Source: Candidatus Parcubacteria bacterium (GTDB lineage Bacteria > Patescibacteriota > Minisyncoccia > Phycocordibacterales > JAACPR01). From it: a stretch of DNA of 64,000 bases. The position numbers and the translations under genes were made by a program. This document shows positions 63,859-64,000 of this stretch, piece by piece. The notes below the pieces were generated by a model that was not told the origin of the DNA, did no database searches, and saw nothing but the letters and a program-made list of their open reading frames with translations. The stretch spans positions 12,642-76,641 of the forward strand of contig JBEBBG010000015.1 of the NCBI GenBank assembly GCA_041158505.1, given 5' to 3'. Positions within the stretch are counted from its first letter, which is position 1. The number at the start of each line of letters is the position of its first letter.

Positions 63859-64000
63859 GGTCGCCACCTAGTATTTCTTTTAGTGTTTTGCCCGTTGCAT
63901 CTTTAATATCTCGGTTGATGTAGTCGAGGGTGAGGGCGTTGATGACGTACCCGCCTGGAGTGCTGCCGGTATTTGTGGTGGCAATGATACCAATGAGCTT
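63796..64000 (-). CDS. C-terminal fragment of an unidentified minus-strand gene running off the window end
   Basis: Open reverse frame from 64000 down to a TAG at about 63796 (…KLIGIIATTNTGSTPGGYVINALTLDYINRDIKDATGKTLKEILGGDLT…); it would overlap the RNHCP ORF 3' end by about 60 nt. Confidence 0.25.

Noticed and set aside
1-64000. CRISPR arrays, rRNA genes, transposases or prophage genes
   Set aside because: No regularly spaced direct repeats, no rRNA-like sequence and no transposase or phage structural genes recognised on either strand.

Overview
This 64 kb window looks like a compact, gene-dense bacterial chromosome segment, about 48-50% GC with a few GC-rich patches. The small genes, the rpmH-rnpA-yidC/dnaA-dnaN origin neighbourhood, and the co-occurrence of a PilB ATPase with a Gram-positive-type T4SS suggest a Patescibacteria/CPR organism, possibly Saccharibacteria-like, but that is inference from gene content only. 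Housekeeping content: rpsT, ruvA, a Mur ligase, a cell-wall amidase, mutM, a TrmH-family methylase, tRNA-Lys, holA-like, polA, tsaE, pilB, ruvB, yebC, ruvC, tyrS, PBP1A, dnaN, dnaA, rpmH, rnpA, yidC, rsmA, pcrA, an M23/LysM peptidase, comM, a surface-glycan modification cluster, rpsO, a xerC/D-type recombinase, xth, the CCA-adding enzyme, and a tRNA-Arg/Gly/Pro cluster with a YraN nuclease. The most notable things are: (1) a 12-gene, single-strand T4SS-like cluster at about 23.9-36.5 kb with no coupling protein or relaxase; it has a VirB4 ATPase interrupted by one in-frame TAG, a PrgI/VirB3-like protein, a VirB6-like polytopic protein, a VirB2/TrbC-like pilin candidate and an RlpA-like wall hydrolase, flanked by a co-regulated divergent secreted protein. 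(2) Three separate DnaA-box clusters: in the dnaA-dnaN spacer, in a nested palindrome upstream of a large surface protein, and next to an AT-rich tract by the tRNA cluster; so origin placement is ambiguous. (3) A tandem array of three divergent MYG1/UPF0160-like paralogs interrupted by a GC-rich island carrying an OB/cold-shock-like protein under a near-consensus promoter. (4) A family of GTTTCACGTGAAAC palindromes. (5) A 25-bp perfect inverted repeat enclosing a GNRA-hairpin element. (6) A 50-aa hyperacidic ORF. All calls rest on motif recognition by eye; no database search was possible.
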